Assembly (NCBI GenBank): GCA_951406725.2
Contig: OX597837.1
Span: forward strand, 18,352,001-18,416,000
Source: Octopus vulgaris
Lineage: Eukaryota
Reading direction: 5' to 3'
Length of the DNA: 64,000 nt
Shown here: piece by piece, positions 1 to 13,115 of the stretch
Position numbering within the stretch: position 1 is the first letter of the stretch
How the letters are laid out: each line of letters opens with the position of its first letter
Translations under genes and position numbers: made by a program
The notes under the pieces: model-generated
What the model was told of the DNA's origin: nothing
Database searches by the model: none
The model's input: the letters and a program-made list of their open reading frames with translations, nothing else

Positions 1-433
1 CATTGAATGAATTCACCTTCTCGGGACAATATTCACTAAAAGCATTTACAATACATTCTTTTATTAATTCGCCATCTATCAGTGGCTTACCCTTCTGAGT
101 CAATTTATCAGTTATTAAACAACTAACTTTTGCACATGTACCAGCTTTCCTAACATGTTTTTTGAAATTGTTTTGTTGTGAACTAAGCTTCTTCTTCAAT
201 TCATCTCTTTTCATTTTCCCTCTTTCTCCAATTAATTCATTATATTATGACTCATGTTTGGTAGCATAATGACGCTTAATATTATATTCCTTGCCATACA
301 CCAATTTTATCATTATATATGAGGCTGATAATATTATTGCATCATTTCAATTACGAAATATTTTTCTGTCCATTGGATATGGAATTTTCTCTTTTCTTTC
401 TATTATTTTTCTCTTCTTAGTATCAGATGTCAT
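1..433 (-). mobile_element. Degenerate hAT (Charlie/SPIN/GTF2IRD2-like) transposase N-terminus, runs off the window
   Basis: Minus-strand reading with frameshifts gives QWTEKYFV...KEYNIKRHYATKH...LKKKLSSQQN...KGKPLIDGELIKECI, typical of SPIN/Charlie transposase N-termini. Confidence 0.75.
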
Positions 434-1452
434 GACCAAATAATGGGCTATTAAAATTAACAGCTAAATTATCACATAATCATGCTGATATTAATGATCC
501 AGAAATCAGAGACTAATAAAGAATAAGTAGGCTCTTCCGCATAAAGCATTAGGCTTGGCCAAGACTAGAAACACTGAAGTACCACTGAAGACATTATCAC
601 TTGACATTGTAAACAAGATTAGGAAATAACACAATCAATATTGATCCGACCACAAAAGATCTGAAACTGAAACAATGGCTGTTAATAATGCATCAACAAA
701 ATGATGGCCTCCTTCATTTTACTTCCCTCTATTGAGGTTTTCATTGGTCCATTCAAAATAGCACACTCCAAGAATAATTTTCTCATCATACATTATCTAA
801 GTAAATGAAAATATGACTAGAAAATAACACATAGAATTAGAATTTGAATCGCCAGTGGACTGCATGAGAATATTAAGTGGGTCACAATGCAGCCCATGGG
901 CCAAACATCCCTAGTATACATTTTACAAGAACATTTATGAACTAAAACATATGAAGAGGGAACAGATAGAGAAAATACCTATTTTTATATGGTTTCCTGC
1001 AAATTTTTTTTGTCTACCATTTTAATACAGCAAAACAGCATGGAAATGTTTAAAAAATTGTTACACTTAAATATGATATATTTGTAACATACAGTCTTCA
1101 AACTCTCTCTCCAAACACTCACATACACATGTGGTGGGTTGACAAAAATTGTTAGTATCTTAGACAAAATGTCTTGTGGAATTTACCTGCCATTTAGGTT
1201 TCAGGTCTCACCAAGGTTAACTTTACCTTTCATTCTTCTGTGGTTGATAAATTAAAGTACCAGTTAACTACTGGGCTGTGTAACTGTCTAACTTCCTATC
1301 TTTAGAATTGTTAGCCTTGTGTCTAAATCACAATTGTATTAAAGCCCCCCAAATCTTCACAAACTTTTATTCAGAGTTTCATGCGACAGTTGATCAGACA
1401 GTTATATGATGATACAGACACACATATACACTTGTGTATAAATATGCTTGTA

Positions 1453-1539
<87 letters not shown>

Positions 1540-1640
1540 TCATACATACATACGTACGTACATATATACATACATACGTATATATGTACATACATACATA
1601 CATACATCCATACATATAAACATATCTATCTATCTATCAA
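1453..1640. repeat. (TATC)n microsatellite followed by (TACA)n-like repeat
   Basis: Seen directly; explains the YLSI-repeat ORFs. Confidence 0.95.
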
Positions 1641-1644
1641 TTGC

Positions 1645-2310
1645 ATCTGTTGGCCTTGAAAGAACATGAATCTGTGCCTAGAGAGTTTTGTTTCAGCTGC
1701 TGATGGTGGTACAGCGTCTGTGGATGTACAGGCCCACATGGGAGTAGCAGTCTTGCACGCAGTCACTGCATTTGAAAATGCTCTCTTCCAATGCTACTGC
1801 ATTTCCCTTTCTTTGGTGGAAAGTCACTTTCTCTTCCCCTTGCATAGTACCCATCTCCAGTGGAGGCAATCATTAGCTACCACTTCCCATCTCAGGATGT
1901 CCAGATCTATTGACTTTATATCTCCCTTGCGGGTATCTTTGAAGCAAAGATGAGATTGTACTCTTGTGCCAGTGGCCAGTTTCCCATACAGGGAGTATTT
2001 TGGGATCCTCCTGTCTGGCATATGATATACATGACCAAACCAGCACAGATAGTGCTGTTGGAACAGGGTGAATGTGCTGGGTATGTTAGCATGGTTGAGG
2101 GGTTCAATGTTAGTGACTTAGTCAGTCCACTTAATATCCAAAATGCATCTCAGGCTATGAGGGGGGAAGATGAGATGCTGCTCTTGTCTGCAGTAGGCAC
2201 TCCATGTCTTGCAGTCATAAAGTAGTGTGCCGAGGACGCATGCCTTGTAGACAGGGATCTTGGTATTCATAGTCAGTTTTCTGTTCTCTCAGTCTCTTTT
2301 GTCTGCCTGA
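1645..2310 (-). mobile_element. RTE-clade LINE 3' fragment, degenerate
   Basis: MPDRRIPKYSLYGKLATGTR..LCFKD matches the RTE RT C-terminal region; contains stops and frameshifts. Confidence 0.75.
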
Positions 2311-3186
2311 AGTATTTGGTAGATAAGATTAAGGTACTTGGGTGTGTCTCTGGGCTTCGTCAGAGAGTTTAGAAGGTTCATAAGGTCAAGTTATAAATAC
2401 AAATACATACATATATACATACTTTTACATATACACATAAATATACATAAACACATATACATATATTAAGATGTATATGCATACAAAGGAATCAATTATC
2501 ATTATTATTATTAGGTGTATTATATTATTCTTATTAGATAAAGAATAAACAGAGGTAGGAGAAAGTTATTAAAAGAGAAATAACAGTGCAATTTTAAAAA
2601 ATCAATGCATCTTAAGATTATTGTAATTATGAAGGAATGAAAAGGTGTATACATGAGGAGTATATATATGTATACGCACACACACACACATATTTTTACG
2701 TACAAACATACTCATAGGTACATACGTATCACATGTGTTGAGAAGGGAGTATTATTGCAGCAGTTCGTATTATTCTTTTTATATAATTATAACAATTATA
2801 CACAAACACATACATATTCTTATAAACATGCGGTATGTTTTTTTGAGGGCTTGAGGTAACGGTCCACAATAAGTGGGTTAGAGTTTATATTAATACCTGT
2901 GATATTAGTTGGTACTACAAGTCATAAATTTCCAGGTATTAATCAATATACTTTTTATTTTCCATTATTTTTTGTTTATCGAGTAGCTGAAATCCTGCAG
3001 GAAATGCGGAAGGGGATTTGGTCAGTTCTGTAATCTAATTGGTCATCTATTGTTTTGAAAGGTTCATGACTTTGTTATGGTTGGTTAACGGATAACCAAT
3101 AACATAAAACAAATTAGGCAAAAATGTATATAAATAAAACAAAAACAAAATGTAGATGAATTAATATATATATATATATATATATA

Positions 3187-4466
3187 CGAAGGACGTTCAA
3201 TAAGTAATGCCCCTGACCCACTTGCAGTTGTTTGATCTAGCTGAAATTTTGCATGTGCAATCATTTATATCGCTATAAATTAAGTGGCAAATTACAGCTC
3301 TGAACTAACTGTGATTTCTGATTTACAGGTGTTTGAACTGAGTCAAGTGTGAAATAGAACCTGTTGAGTGTTGAGCAGTGATCCGGTTTTTGTATTTGAA
3401 AGGACACACACCACGGGAGACTTTTGATGAAATGAAAGTAACTTATGGTGATGATGCCCCATCATATGACCTTGTAAAACGCTGGCATCGTGAATTCAAA
3501 CATGGTCGGAACTCTGTGGAAACAGCTCCCAGATCTGGTCGCCCCCCTTCTGCCATTGATGAGGCATCTGTCCGTCAAGTTGAGGCTGCCATTTTGGAAG
3601 ATCAACGCATAAGTATTTGCCAAATAGCCCATGAGATCAAGATTAGTACCGGGTCTGTGGAAACTATCATTCACGACCATTTGCAGATGCTAAAGGTGTC
3701 TGCCAGATGGATTCCCAGGTTGCTCACACCATTCCAGAAGCAAGAACACGTCGAGTGCTTGAGGATGAATTTGGAGATGTGCCAAGAAGATGAGTCAAAA
3801 TTTTTCAAAAGACTGATTACACAAGATGAAACTTGGGTCCATCACTATGATCCAGAGACCAAAGCCCAGTCAATGCAGTGGAAGCACCGTGACTCACCTC
3901 CTCCAAAGAAGGCAAGAGTGCAGCCCTCAGCTGGCAAGGTCATGCTCACAGTCTTCTGGGACCAGGACGGAGTAGTGATGACAGATTTCCTGGCAAAGGG
4001 TACCACAATTACAGGAGCCTATTATGCTTCACTTTTGAAGAAATTAAGAGAAGCTATCAAAATCAAGAGGCGGGGCAAGATCAGCAAAGGCATCCTCCTC
4101 CTGCAGGACAACGCTCCAGTCCACAACTCGCGTGTCGCCTGATCAGAAGCACAGGTGTGTGGCTATGAACTCCTCCCCCATCCCTCCTGCTCTCCTGACC
4201 TTGCACCCTCTGATTTTCACCTCTTCTCAGCCATGAAGTTGTTTTTGAAAGGAAAGCGTTTCCCAGATGATGCCGCCTTGATTTCTGAAGTTGGAGGACC
4301 AGCCTGGGGTCTTCTACAAAAACGGTCTCCAGAGCTGCATCAAACGATGGGAGAAATGCGTAACTCTGGGTGGTTCCTATGTAGAAAAAGACTAATAACT
4401 GTGCCAAGTTTTGTTGCTCTACTGCTATGGGAAGTGGGTCAGGGGCATTACTTATTGAACGCCCCT

Positions 4467-4468
<2 letters not shown>
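3187..4468 (+). mobile_element. Full-length mariner (DD34D) with TIRs and disrupted transposase
   Basis: 37-bp TIRs (CGAAGGACGTTCAATAAGTAATGCCCCTGACCCACTT; 2 mismatches between ends), inserted in a (TA)n tract. Motifs RSGRP, WIPRLL, DETW, QDNA, SPDLAPSD, with 34 residues between the 2nd and 3rd Asp. Confidence 0.97.
3354..4397 (+). pseudogene. Mariner transposase pseudogene
   Basis: Presumed start reads ATA at 3354; in-frame TGA at 3372 and 4140; frameshift near 4290. ORF 3378..4142 is the uninterrupted part. Confidence 0.9.
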
Positions 4469-4499
<31 letters not shown>

Positions 4500-5321
4500 G
4501 TATTTTAAGTTAAAGTGATATTGTTTTAATATACAGCATATGAAAGATAATTTATTACAAATTTATTAAAAAAACAGTATATAATATTACATGCATCTGT
4601 TTATTTAGGGGAACCATTTATATATTTACTAACTCATATGGGTAATATATGCTGGAAGTTATTCAGACCAAATTCAAATACGAGACAAAATATCAAAAGT
4701 TACCATATAAGTCGTTTCACTAAGATGTTATCACTAAAATCATGCTTAAAATGTATTCTCCGATAAAGTGCATTAATTGTAATTCTCCATGCATCAGTGT
4801 TTAGTTTCTAAATTAATGAACCAACTCAATATATATCTTTGCCATCTCAATATGGCTAACCACTAAGGGTGGGTGTTACTGTAGCTTGTAGCCCCAGGAG
4901 AACATCATCTCCAGCTGGCTTTAGACACACATTCTGTGTCCTATCGGTATTTGCAAAGGGAGGTCATCCTTCCCTCGTCAACCTAAGTGATAGCAAATAT
5001 ACCTCACATTATCGTGCAGTTACTGTTTATACCTCGTTCAAAGATTATCAATATATATCCTTATATATTCTCTTAGTTATAAATAGAATGAAGGGAGGTA
5101 ACTCTGGTTTAATCAGATCTGTAATTATAAAATAATACTCAAAAATTTAGGCCCATTATTCAGTCAATCAATCAACTTATCAAGCATCGAACTAATTAAT
5201 TAATTTATTAATTCATTCATTAATCAATCAATCAAGCAATTTACTGGTTCTGTAATGGGTTGCATATCAATGTCTGTATCCATATACATACATATGCCTA
5301 TACAATACCTATATACACACA

Positions 5322-5361
<40 letters not shown>

Positions 5362-5589
5362 AGTGTGCGCATAAAACATATCCATATATAATTACAAAAG
5401 TAGCAACTATAGTAATTTATACTCATATATACATACATGTAAATAATTATATCTAACTTAATATATACCTTCTTATACATATATCTGCATAATTATCTCA
5501 TGTTATATAATACAATACAGTATAGCAACAATAATAACTTGAATAATAATTATTACTACTATTATGTCAGTAGGGGTGTTTTAATACTA

Positions 5590-6130
5590 GTTTCTAGTGG
5601 TATTTGGAAAAGGTATACCCAATTTTATGAAGATAGGAAACATTGCATTCCTTAAAGCTGTTAATAAGCAGAATTTTAGTCCCAATTAGAAAGAAAATTT
5701 TATTAATACATAACAAACATTTTCTATTTTTAGTATTATATGCAGGTGCTGATGTTAATATTTTCAAGTTTAAATTATAGTTAATTCCCCATCCTTAAGT
5801 TCCCATATGTAGCTATTTAACCCTGTAGAATTTCTCCTATTTCTGTATGCCATGACATCCTAAGTATGTTATGGCATAGATTAGATTTTCCGAGGCACAG
5901 GTGAAATTTGATTTTATCTTAAATATGTGGTAACAACTATGTTGGCCAAACAGGAATTTCATTCCGTTGAAGAACCACTCTCCACAAAGAACAAATCCGC
6001 TACCCACAATACAGACAGTTACAGGTTAGTGAACACATAGAAAGGTGTGCTAGTAATCTTACTCCTAATTTTCCCCTTCTGTCAATGTTCACAGAACACC
6101 TCAATGCAACAAAGATTGAATAAAGAGGCA
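5590..6130 (-). mobile_element. Penelope-like element GIY-YIG C-terminal remnant
   Basis: Minus strand reads YRNRRNSTGLNSYIWELKD...KILTSAPAYNTKNRKCLLCINK, resembling the NSTxLSxYIWxLK...CxLC motif of Penelope-like elements; frameshifted. Confidence 0.6.
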
Positions 6131-6489
6131 ATTTTCATCAATAAATATCTTCCCCAACTAAATATGAACACATTACATAATACATAACACTACTAACCTT
6201 TCAATTAATACCACTAACCTCATACATCCTTTACACCATTCACTTTACAATTTCATATCTAACCTAATTGCACCAAATCCAGAACTACTTACCTCCCTTA
6301 CACATAATCTTTTTTCTCAGGGACTACTAGGCCTGACACCGTTCATTAATCAGTGTGCATCCAAAGCAATGATTAGTAACTTATGAAACCAGTATGCTTG
6401 AATCTCTTTAACAATTCATAATAATGACTTTTATTACTTTTATTCCTACCTCAGTTCATCTAATTATATATCTCTCTCTCTCTCTCTAG

Positions 6490-7112
6490 CCGCTCAGTCG
6501 AAGTCGACTCTCGGTCACTAGTTGGATCAGTGTCCTCCAGTCAGTTCTATCCTGGGCCGCTTCTTTCAGATTGGCTATGTCCATTCCAGTATCACTCTTG
6601 ATGGTGTCAAGCCAGTGGGTTCTTGGTCAGCCTCTTCCTCTCTTGCCACTGACCATTCTGAGCATGATGTCCTTCTCCAGGGATTTTCTCCACATAATAT
6701 GACCAAAATATGCCAATCTATGCTTGGTGATCCTAGCTTCTAGCGACATTTTCGGCCTTATCTGCTTAAGAACTTCTCCATTGGTGAGCCTTGCTGTCCA
6801 TGGAATCCGTAAAAGTCTTCTCTAACACTAAAGCTCGAATGCATTAATTCTTTTCTGGTCAGCTTTCTTTAGTGTCCAGGTCTTGCATCCATATGTTGCT
6901 ATTGGGAAGAGAATTGCATTCACCAATCTGCATTTGGTAGTGAGTCTGATGTCTCTACTCTTCCAGACCCTGCTCATGCTGACCATTGTCTCTCTGTCTA
7001 GTACCATCCGCTGTCTTATTTCTGGAGTGCAGTCACCATCTCGATTTATTTTGGAGCCAAGGAAGATGAAATCATCAACCACTTCAATCTCTTCATTATC
7101 GATCTTGATGCT
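6490..7112 (-). mobile_element. RTE (BovB-like) LINE 3' fragment
   Basis: ORF 6828..7082: VDDFIFLGSKI..DCTPEIRQR..TKCRLVNAILFPIATYGCKTWT..RINAFEL. Confidence 0.9.
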
Positions 7113-7145
7113 GATGTTTATATATATATATTTATATATATATAA

Positions 7146-7535
7146 TCATCATCATCATTGTCGTTTAACATCTGCTTTCCATGCTGGCATGGGTTGGACG
7201 GTTTCACTGAGGGCTGGCAAGCCAGAAGGCTGCACCAGGCTTCAATCTGATCTGGCAATGTTTCTACAGCTGGATACCCTTCCTAATGCCAACCACTCCA
7301 AGAGTGGAGTGGGTGCTTTCTATGTGCCAACATCACAAGGGCCAGTCAGGTGCCTCAACAGATCTTTGCAAGTGCAGGTTATCGCCCAATGATTGATGGG
7401 TACTCTTAAATGGGCTGAGTATGCTGCACTGGCATAGGCCATGGTTACAGTCTCACTTGGCTTGCCAGGTCTTCTCAAGCACAGCATATTTCCACTGGTC
7501 TTGGTCACTTGTCATTGCCTCAGTGAGGCCCAACA
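7146..7535 (-). mobile_element. 3' UTR fragment of the RTE family at 18141-22015, with (GAT)n tail
   Basis: Closely matches 18141-18620 (ctgctttccatgctggcatggg...ggctgcaccaggc...ggtcttctcaagcacagcatat). Confidence 0.85.
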
Positions 7536-8473
7536 TTCCTTTGTTAAAAGTCTACTGCTGAAAGTGAAAAAATGTAGGAACGTGCATGCAAAGAAAAAGA
7601 GTTGGCGAAAGTTTGTGCCAGCTCAGCTCAGTTCTTTTCCTGACTCAATGCATGTCGGATGTTCACATGCTCTGTACTCATGTTTAGACATAATTTCCTT
7701 CTGTTGGACCCCTGTTTGATCATGTAATAAATAGAGAAAGTTAGTGGTCTTGTGCATCACTCCAGCATGCTACTCTGTCGTCCTGGCTAACCTCAGCAAT
7801 TACCCATGACAACAGCGCCAGACACATTTCACTTTTGAAAAACCTCCAAGGCATTTCCCACACTGCAATCCTGCAGGAAGATCTTCAATATCATGGTTTG
7901 AGAATACACTTACTCACTCACCTCACCTTATTTTACAGTGAATTTTGATATGTGCATGTGCATTTGTGTATATGCTTCATTGCACGGGCATGTGCTAACT
8001 CATTTTCTATATTGCCCAGTCACTGACTGCACATTTTGGTACGCAAAGTGACACTGCTCTTCGGACTTATCCAAACAGAAAATTGTCCTGTATACACTTC
8101 AATGGTCCTCTCTCCAGATATGCAAAAAGTTATCCTCAGCCATGCATTTCTTTTTCTTCCTCAATCATTCGTTTCCTTTTCTCGGAATCTCTCTGATGGG
8201 GGAGTGATGTAGTGGCTTTATGCAAGCATGGTGTGGATTTGATCCTCAATCGCCAAATTTCACTTAACAGTTCAGCAGCACTTTTCTCACAGTAAAACAA
8301 TAGTGTTTTTGCGAGTGACAGATGCCTTCGATAAGCAGAATAATGTCTTTGCCACTTGACCCTTCGAATCTCTTCTAGACCACCAAAAGCTAGAATAGAC
8401 ATAACAGGTACAGCCAACCAAATCTATTGTTGTCAACAATATGTCTAACCTTCTGGCTGGCTTGGAATAGTTA

Positions 8474-9289
8474 TGTAATGGTTAGTCCTTCGTTGCAGTT
8501 GAAGGTCGCCACTTGTAACAGTTTTGTTCAGATAGAATCACCAATTTCAATGGTTGTTGTTAAGGTGTTGCTGTTGCAGATGTGGCCTAGAAGAGGTTAG
8601 AAAGGTCAAATAAGGCAAAGACATTATTCTGCTTAGCGAAGGTATCTGGTAAATATATAACTGCTGTCATTCACAGAAAAACTATTGTTTTACCATGAGA
8701 AAAGTGCTGTTAAACTATTAAGTTAAATTTGGCAATCGAGGATCAAATCCACGCCATGCCTGCATAAAACCACTACAGTTATAAAAACAAAATCTCCGTA
8801 AGCCAATGTTAATTACTGAGATCCAAGTCTGGCTGACTGGCTGAACAAAATGCCGTCTCTGAAAGAAAAGGTACAAAGGGAGAACTATGGTAACTCACCA
8901 ATGAAGCAGTTGTTTTGTCCCACCACTCTCAGTTTCATTAACTCACTTTCTTTTCTCTGTAACATTATCATCTCTCTCTATATATATACTACTATGAGAC
9001 CGTGTATACACATATACAAGCTGAAATTAACTTTCTTTACCTTGCATGTTTTATGAACTGTGTTATACTATTACACTAGCCTACCCATCATGGTATGGTA
9101 TATATTAACGTAACAGTAAATAAATATTTCTTTACAACTTCGATCACTGTTCTTCTTCCATCTTGCAGACTGGCAACCAACACCTTAACAACAACACAAC
9201 AACCATTACTGTTGGTGACCACTGATTCCACTTTAACAATACTGTTACAATTGGTAACCCTCGTCTGCAACGAAGAACTACCCATTACA
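8474..9289. mobile_element. Non-autonomous element with ~110-130 bp degenerate TIRs and TGT...ACA termini (Ginger-like?)
   Basis: TGTAATGGTTAGTCCTTCGTTGCAG...TTGTAACAG at 8474 mirrors CTGTTACAA...CTGCAACGAAGAACTACCCATTACA ending at 9289. No clear TSD. Confidence 0.6.
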
Positions 9290-10059
9290 TGTATATACCC
9301 ATAATTGAAAGGATCTATGAATGCCTATTTACTAGCACTGTAAATTTTTTTTGTTAGAGGAACACTTAGCAATGATGATTAAAATATGGGTGTCTACAAT
9401 TATATATTTGAAACATTCACATGCACTTTAACACGGAAAGGCCTTCACTGCAGAAACTGTCTCCTGATATACAATGGGCATGAAAAACACTCAACTGGTT
9501 TATGAATCACATAACTGGACCGGAGAACACATATTTCTGCATTGTAACGCTTCAGCAGTTGTTATGCTTATCAAATCTGTTGTTCACAGCTCACTAAGAG
9601 CTACCATTCTTATAATTAAATAATAACACAAAAACACATCTTAGGGTCCGATGACACCATCCATGGCCCTGTCACGTGTTTTTCACAGACATTATCTATG
9701 AGAATTCTCTCCAAAGACAGTTTTGGCAATGAAGGTTCTTCTGTATTTGGATGCCCATGAACATGTTAAATATAATTGCATACATTTATATTTTTGATTA
9801 ATATTTTCAAAAGCTTTCTCAATGTGGTTAGTCTGCCTCTCCCTTCACTTATCGTCATCTCCACCCACTTTAATACCATTTTCTTCTGTCTGGTTTGAGC
9901 CATTGGTTACTCGTATCTTCATTCTCCTTTCTCTTTTCGCTGACCATCTTTTTCTCCCAGTGATTCCCTATGTTCTTTCATTTCAATTCCTTTGTCATTT
10001 ACAACCTTTCAACAAATGCAACAAAATCACTTTCCCTCAATTCCTCTTCTCTCAGATAA

Positions 10060-10200
10060 AGCGGAAAAACCCGAAACGTTTGAACTTTGCCCTCCAGTTC
10101 AGCGATTTCGACGGAAGTGCGTGTGGTCATCAAGGCAGATAACTCTTGTTGACTCTTGCACCTAACAGCGATGGCTCCACGTGTGGTGCCAGTTTAACAT
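10060..10200 (+). promoter_or_regulatory. Putative NMD3 core promoter
   Basis: Local CpG enrichment just upstream of the ATG; ETS-type CGGAAGT at 10112-10118 and E-box CACGTG at 10178-10183. Confidence 0.55.
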
Positions 10201-10283
10201 TTACCTATTTCTTTATTACAGTTTAACATTTACCGTCTTTAAAATATATCTTTAAAATCTATCTAATTACAAAAGCGACCACA

Positions 10284-10327
10284 ATGGACTATATCCATGA
10301 AAACATGCAACCCACAGCTGGTACAAT
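10284..10327 (+). CDS. NMD3: NMD3 coding exon 1 (MDYIHENMQPTAGT)
   Basis: ATG in ACAATGG context; AT|GTAAGT donor; phase 2 joins exon 2 to give TILCC, as in the vertebrate MEYM...GHILCC start. Confidence 0.85.
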
Positions 10328-11038
10328 GTAAGTGCTATTATGTGTTTGCCTTCTTCATGACGTTTCCAGCCTAACCACGTACCTTGTCAGAATCGCATAG
10401 TTTTGCTGTTATGAAATAATAATTTACTAACTTTTTATATTTATGAATTGGTAGTTTTAAAAATATGTGTATTTGAATTATTTTAATAGGTATTGTTTTG
10501 TAGGAAGCATTCCAGTGATAGCTGAACCATTCAAGATAATGAAATGGTATGAGGTTTGGTGAAACACGTGTTCATTTTTTGTTTGTTTTTGACTATTTGA
10601 GTTAATTGGAAATTTAGATAATTTAATAATTACGTATATATATATATATATATATATATAATTACGTGTATAATACTGAACCACATTTAACACTGTTTAA
10701 GCGCGAATATATTCCTTTATTTGCGTTATGTTAGAAATGATCAATCTGGCTATTTTCCCTACCATTAATAGGTTGTGAAACTCGTCAATTCCGTAGTTTA
10801 GCTACTAGAAACCAACGAAAAAGATGATTTTAATAGATGATGTAGCAAGAAAAGCTTCACCAGAACACAACCTGACCCCCCCCCCCCAGCTATTGGGGAA
10901 AGATGAACGTTAAATACATTAGATATCAATTTTGTAAAATAAAAAAAACTACTGGCTAAATGTTTCTAAACGGCTTTTACAAAATCTATTGAACATTGGG
11001 CATAACTACAGATTTCTGCCCCGCCAACTTTGGAGGAT

Positions 11039-11812
11039 CATAACTTTCAGAAAATGGATATTTTGTAATGAAATTTTCGGCGGAGGTAACGGACATGGAC
11101 CGCACGCCTTTTCGGTTATTCTTGTATTTTTTCTACCGAAACCCACTTTTTCAACTGCGTAGATTCCGAATCTACAAAAAAAACAAAACGGCATTCAAAA
11201 TTTCAATTACACAAACGCATAAAACAGAAAATGAAACAAATACGGACGACTTGTTCCGAAATACCACCGCCAATTGTTTTTCCCCAAAATTCGTATGTCC
11301 ACAGAATCTACATAGTCCGAGGTATATTTGTAGAGAATTTCATTAAAAAATATCAATTTTCTTGAAAGTTCAGACGAATTGAAATGGACTCCGGTGAATT
11401 TTCCGAAATTCTCCACCCCACCCTCTCCTACAACACTTTGCCCCCAAAATTTTGTGTTTTCGGAATCTACATGATATAACACATTCGTAGAAAATTTCAT
11501 TAAAAAATATCCATTTTTCTGAAAGTTATGATCATCTATAGTCGGGGCCGAACATCGGAATAAAATTATATAAGCATAATTACACAAATGTGCCTCCTCT
11601 CCTGACTTTGTTTCCTCATAACTTTCTGAAAAAGGGACATTTTTTAATGAAATTTTTTATAAATGTGTTTCAGATGGCGTAGATTATAATTGTATCAGAA
11701 TTTACGAAAAGTTTTTGAGTGATGGTGGGGAGGGGTGAAGAGATCCGAATAATTCACATGCTTGAGGTTTTCCTCATAACTTTCAGGAAAATAGGAATTT
11801 CTGATGAAATTT
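11039..11812. repeat. AT-rich non-autonomous DNA element with five ~40-bp internal repeats in both orientations
   Basis: CATAACTTTC(A/T)GAAAA..GGATATTTT.TAATGAAATTT near 11039, 11617 and 11776 (+), and near 11335 and 11490 (-). Confidence 0.6.
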
Positions 11813-13115
11813 ACTACAATTATTTCAGATAGCGTAGATTACAATTATATCGGGATTCAATGTGGAAAAAAGAAAATATGGTTGGGGTAGATATTCCAGT
11901 TCTTTCCTATTTAGCTGATCTATAGCTTTCAGCTTCGTGTAGGAATGCTTGTTCTCAGTTATTTGTATCAACCGTTAATTGACATGACTGTACCTGTTTA
12001 TTACTCCAAGCACTCAACCATACGTAGGTGTAGTCTCTTGGAAAATTTACCCCTTGTACACTTGTAAATAATGGCTTGACTATCAGCAGGATAATTTTGT
12101 ATAATGTAGTCTGTGACATTGAAAAGTGTATAAATGAACAAAAACCTCAGGTGCCCTCATCATAATATGTATGATTTGTGAAAATAATCAGGCATGGTGT
12201 GGTTTTGTCAGGAAAAAAGGTTCATAAGAAATGAAATGGTTTTTGAGATATGTTGAGCTAAAATATGCCCAATATGTGGAAAAGTATCGTTGGTAATATG
12301 TGAAACAGTTTCAGTAATTATTAAAGCAGTTGGTGTGATTTAATTTTGAAACACTAATATTGACTCAGTGAAAGTTGCTAAAGAATGCAAATTTGGGCAA
12401 AACCAGAACTGTTGCAGATATATATTGATATTGGGTTCAGAGCAATCTTACTGTTTATTAGGTCAATTTGTATTACAGATAACCAATTAATAGTGGAAAT
12501 AGTACTCTTTCACTCTTTTTTACTCTTTTACTGGTTTGTCATTTTGACTGTGGCCATGCTGGAGCACCACCTTTTAGTTGAGCCAGGCCTTATTCTATCG
12601 GTCTCTTTTGCCAAACCGCTAAGTTACGGGGACGTAAACATACCAAAAAAAGTGTAGTAAAAGAGTCTATTGGAGTGAGAGGGCTGAGATGCAAAGAAAT
12701 ATTCCCTTGAAGAAATTCCAGAGGACATATAGACACACTGCTCAAACTTATTGGAAATAAAATGGCATTCACTCGTATTCAGTCTCAGAGTTGTCACAGA
12801 ACTGCCATTATCTATGTCATTTTCCATGAGCACATGTCTTGTCAACTGTAAACACTCCGTTGTACGTGTGTGTGTGTGTGCTTGTTCTGTTTGACGTGTC
12901 AAAGTGGAAGAAGAAACTAATGGGTGTACGTGTATGTGTGCGAGTGTGTTCTGTTTTATGTATCTGGAATGCAGATATAACAAAAACAATGATGCATTTT
13001 AAACTTGAGAAAAGCCTTGCATATTTGTTCTTACCTGCTTCATTTGCGTATGTAAAATCCGTAAATTTCCAAGAAGAAAACGAGATCAACGTTGAAAAAG
13101 CCATATTAGTTATAA

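Noticed and set aside
4705-4800. CTGATG...GAAACG on minus, hammerhead-like
   Set aside because: Core reads CUGAUGC and no convincing stems are visible.
9627-9947. Possible divergent gene on minus (MVSEKRKENEDT joined to EPSLPKLSLERILIDNVCEKHVTGPW)
   Set aside because: Weak donor, acceptor lacks a pyrimidine tract, no recognisable homology and no further exons found.
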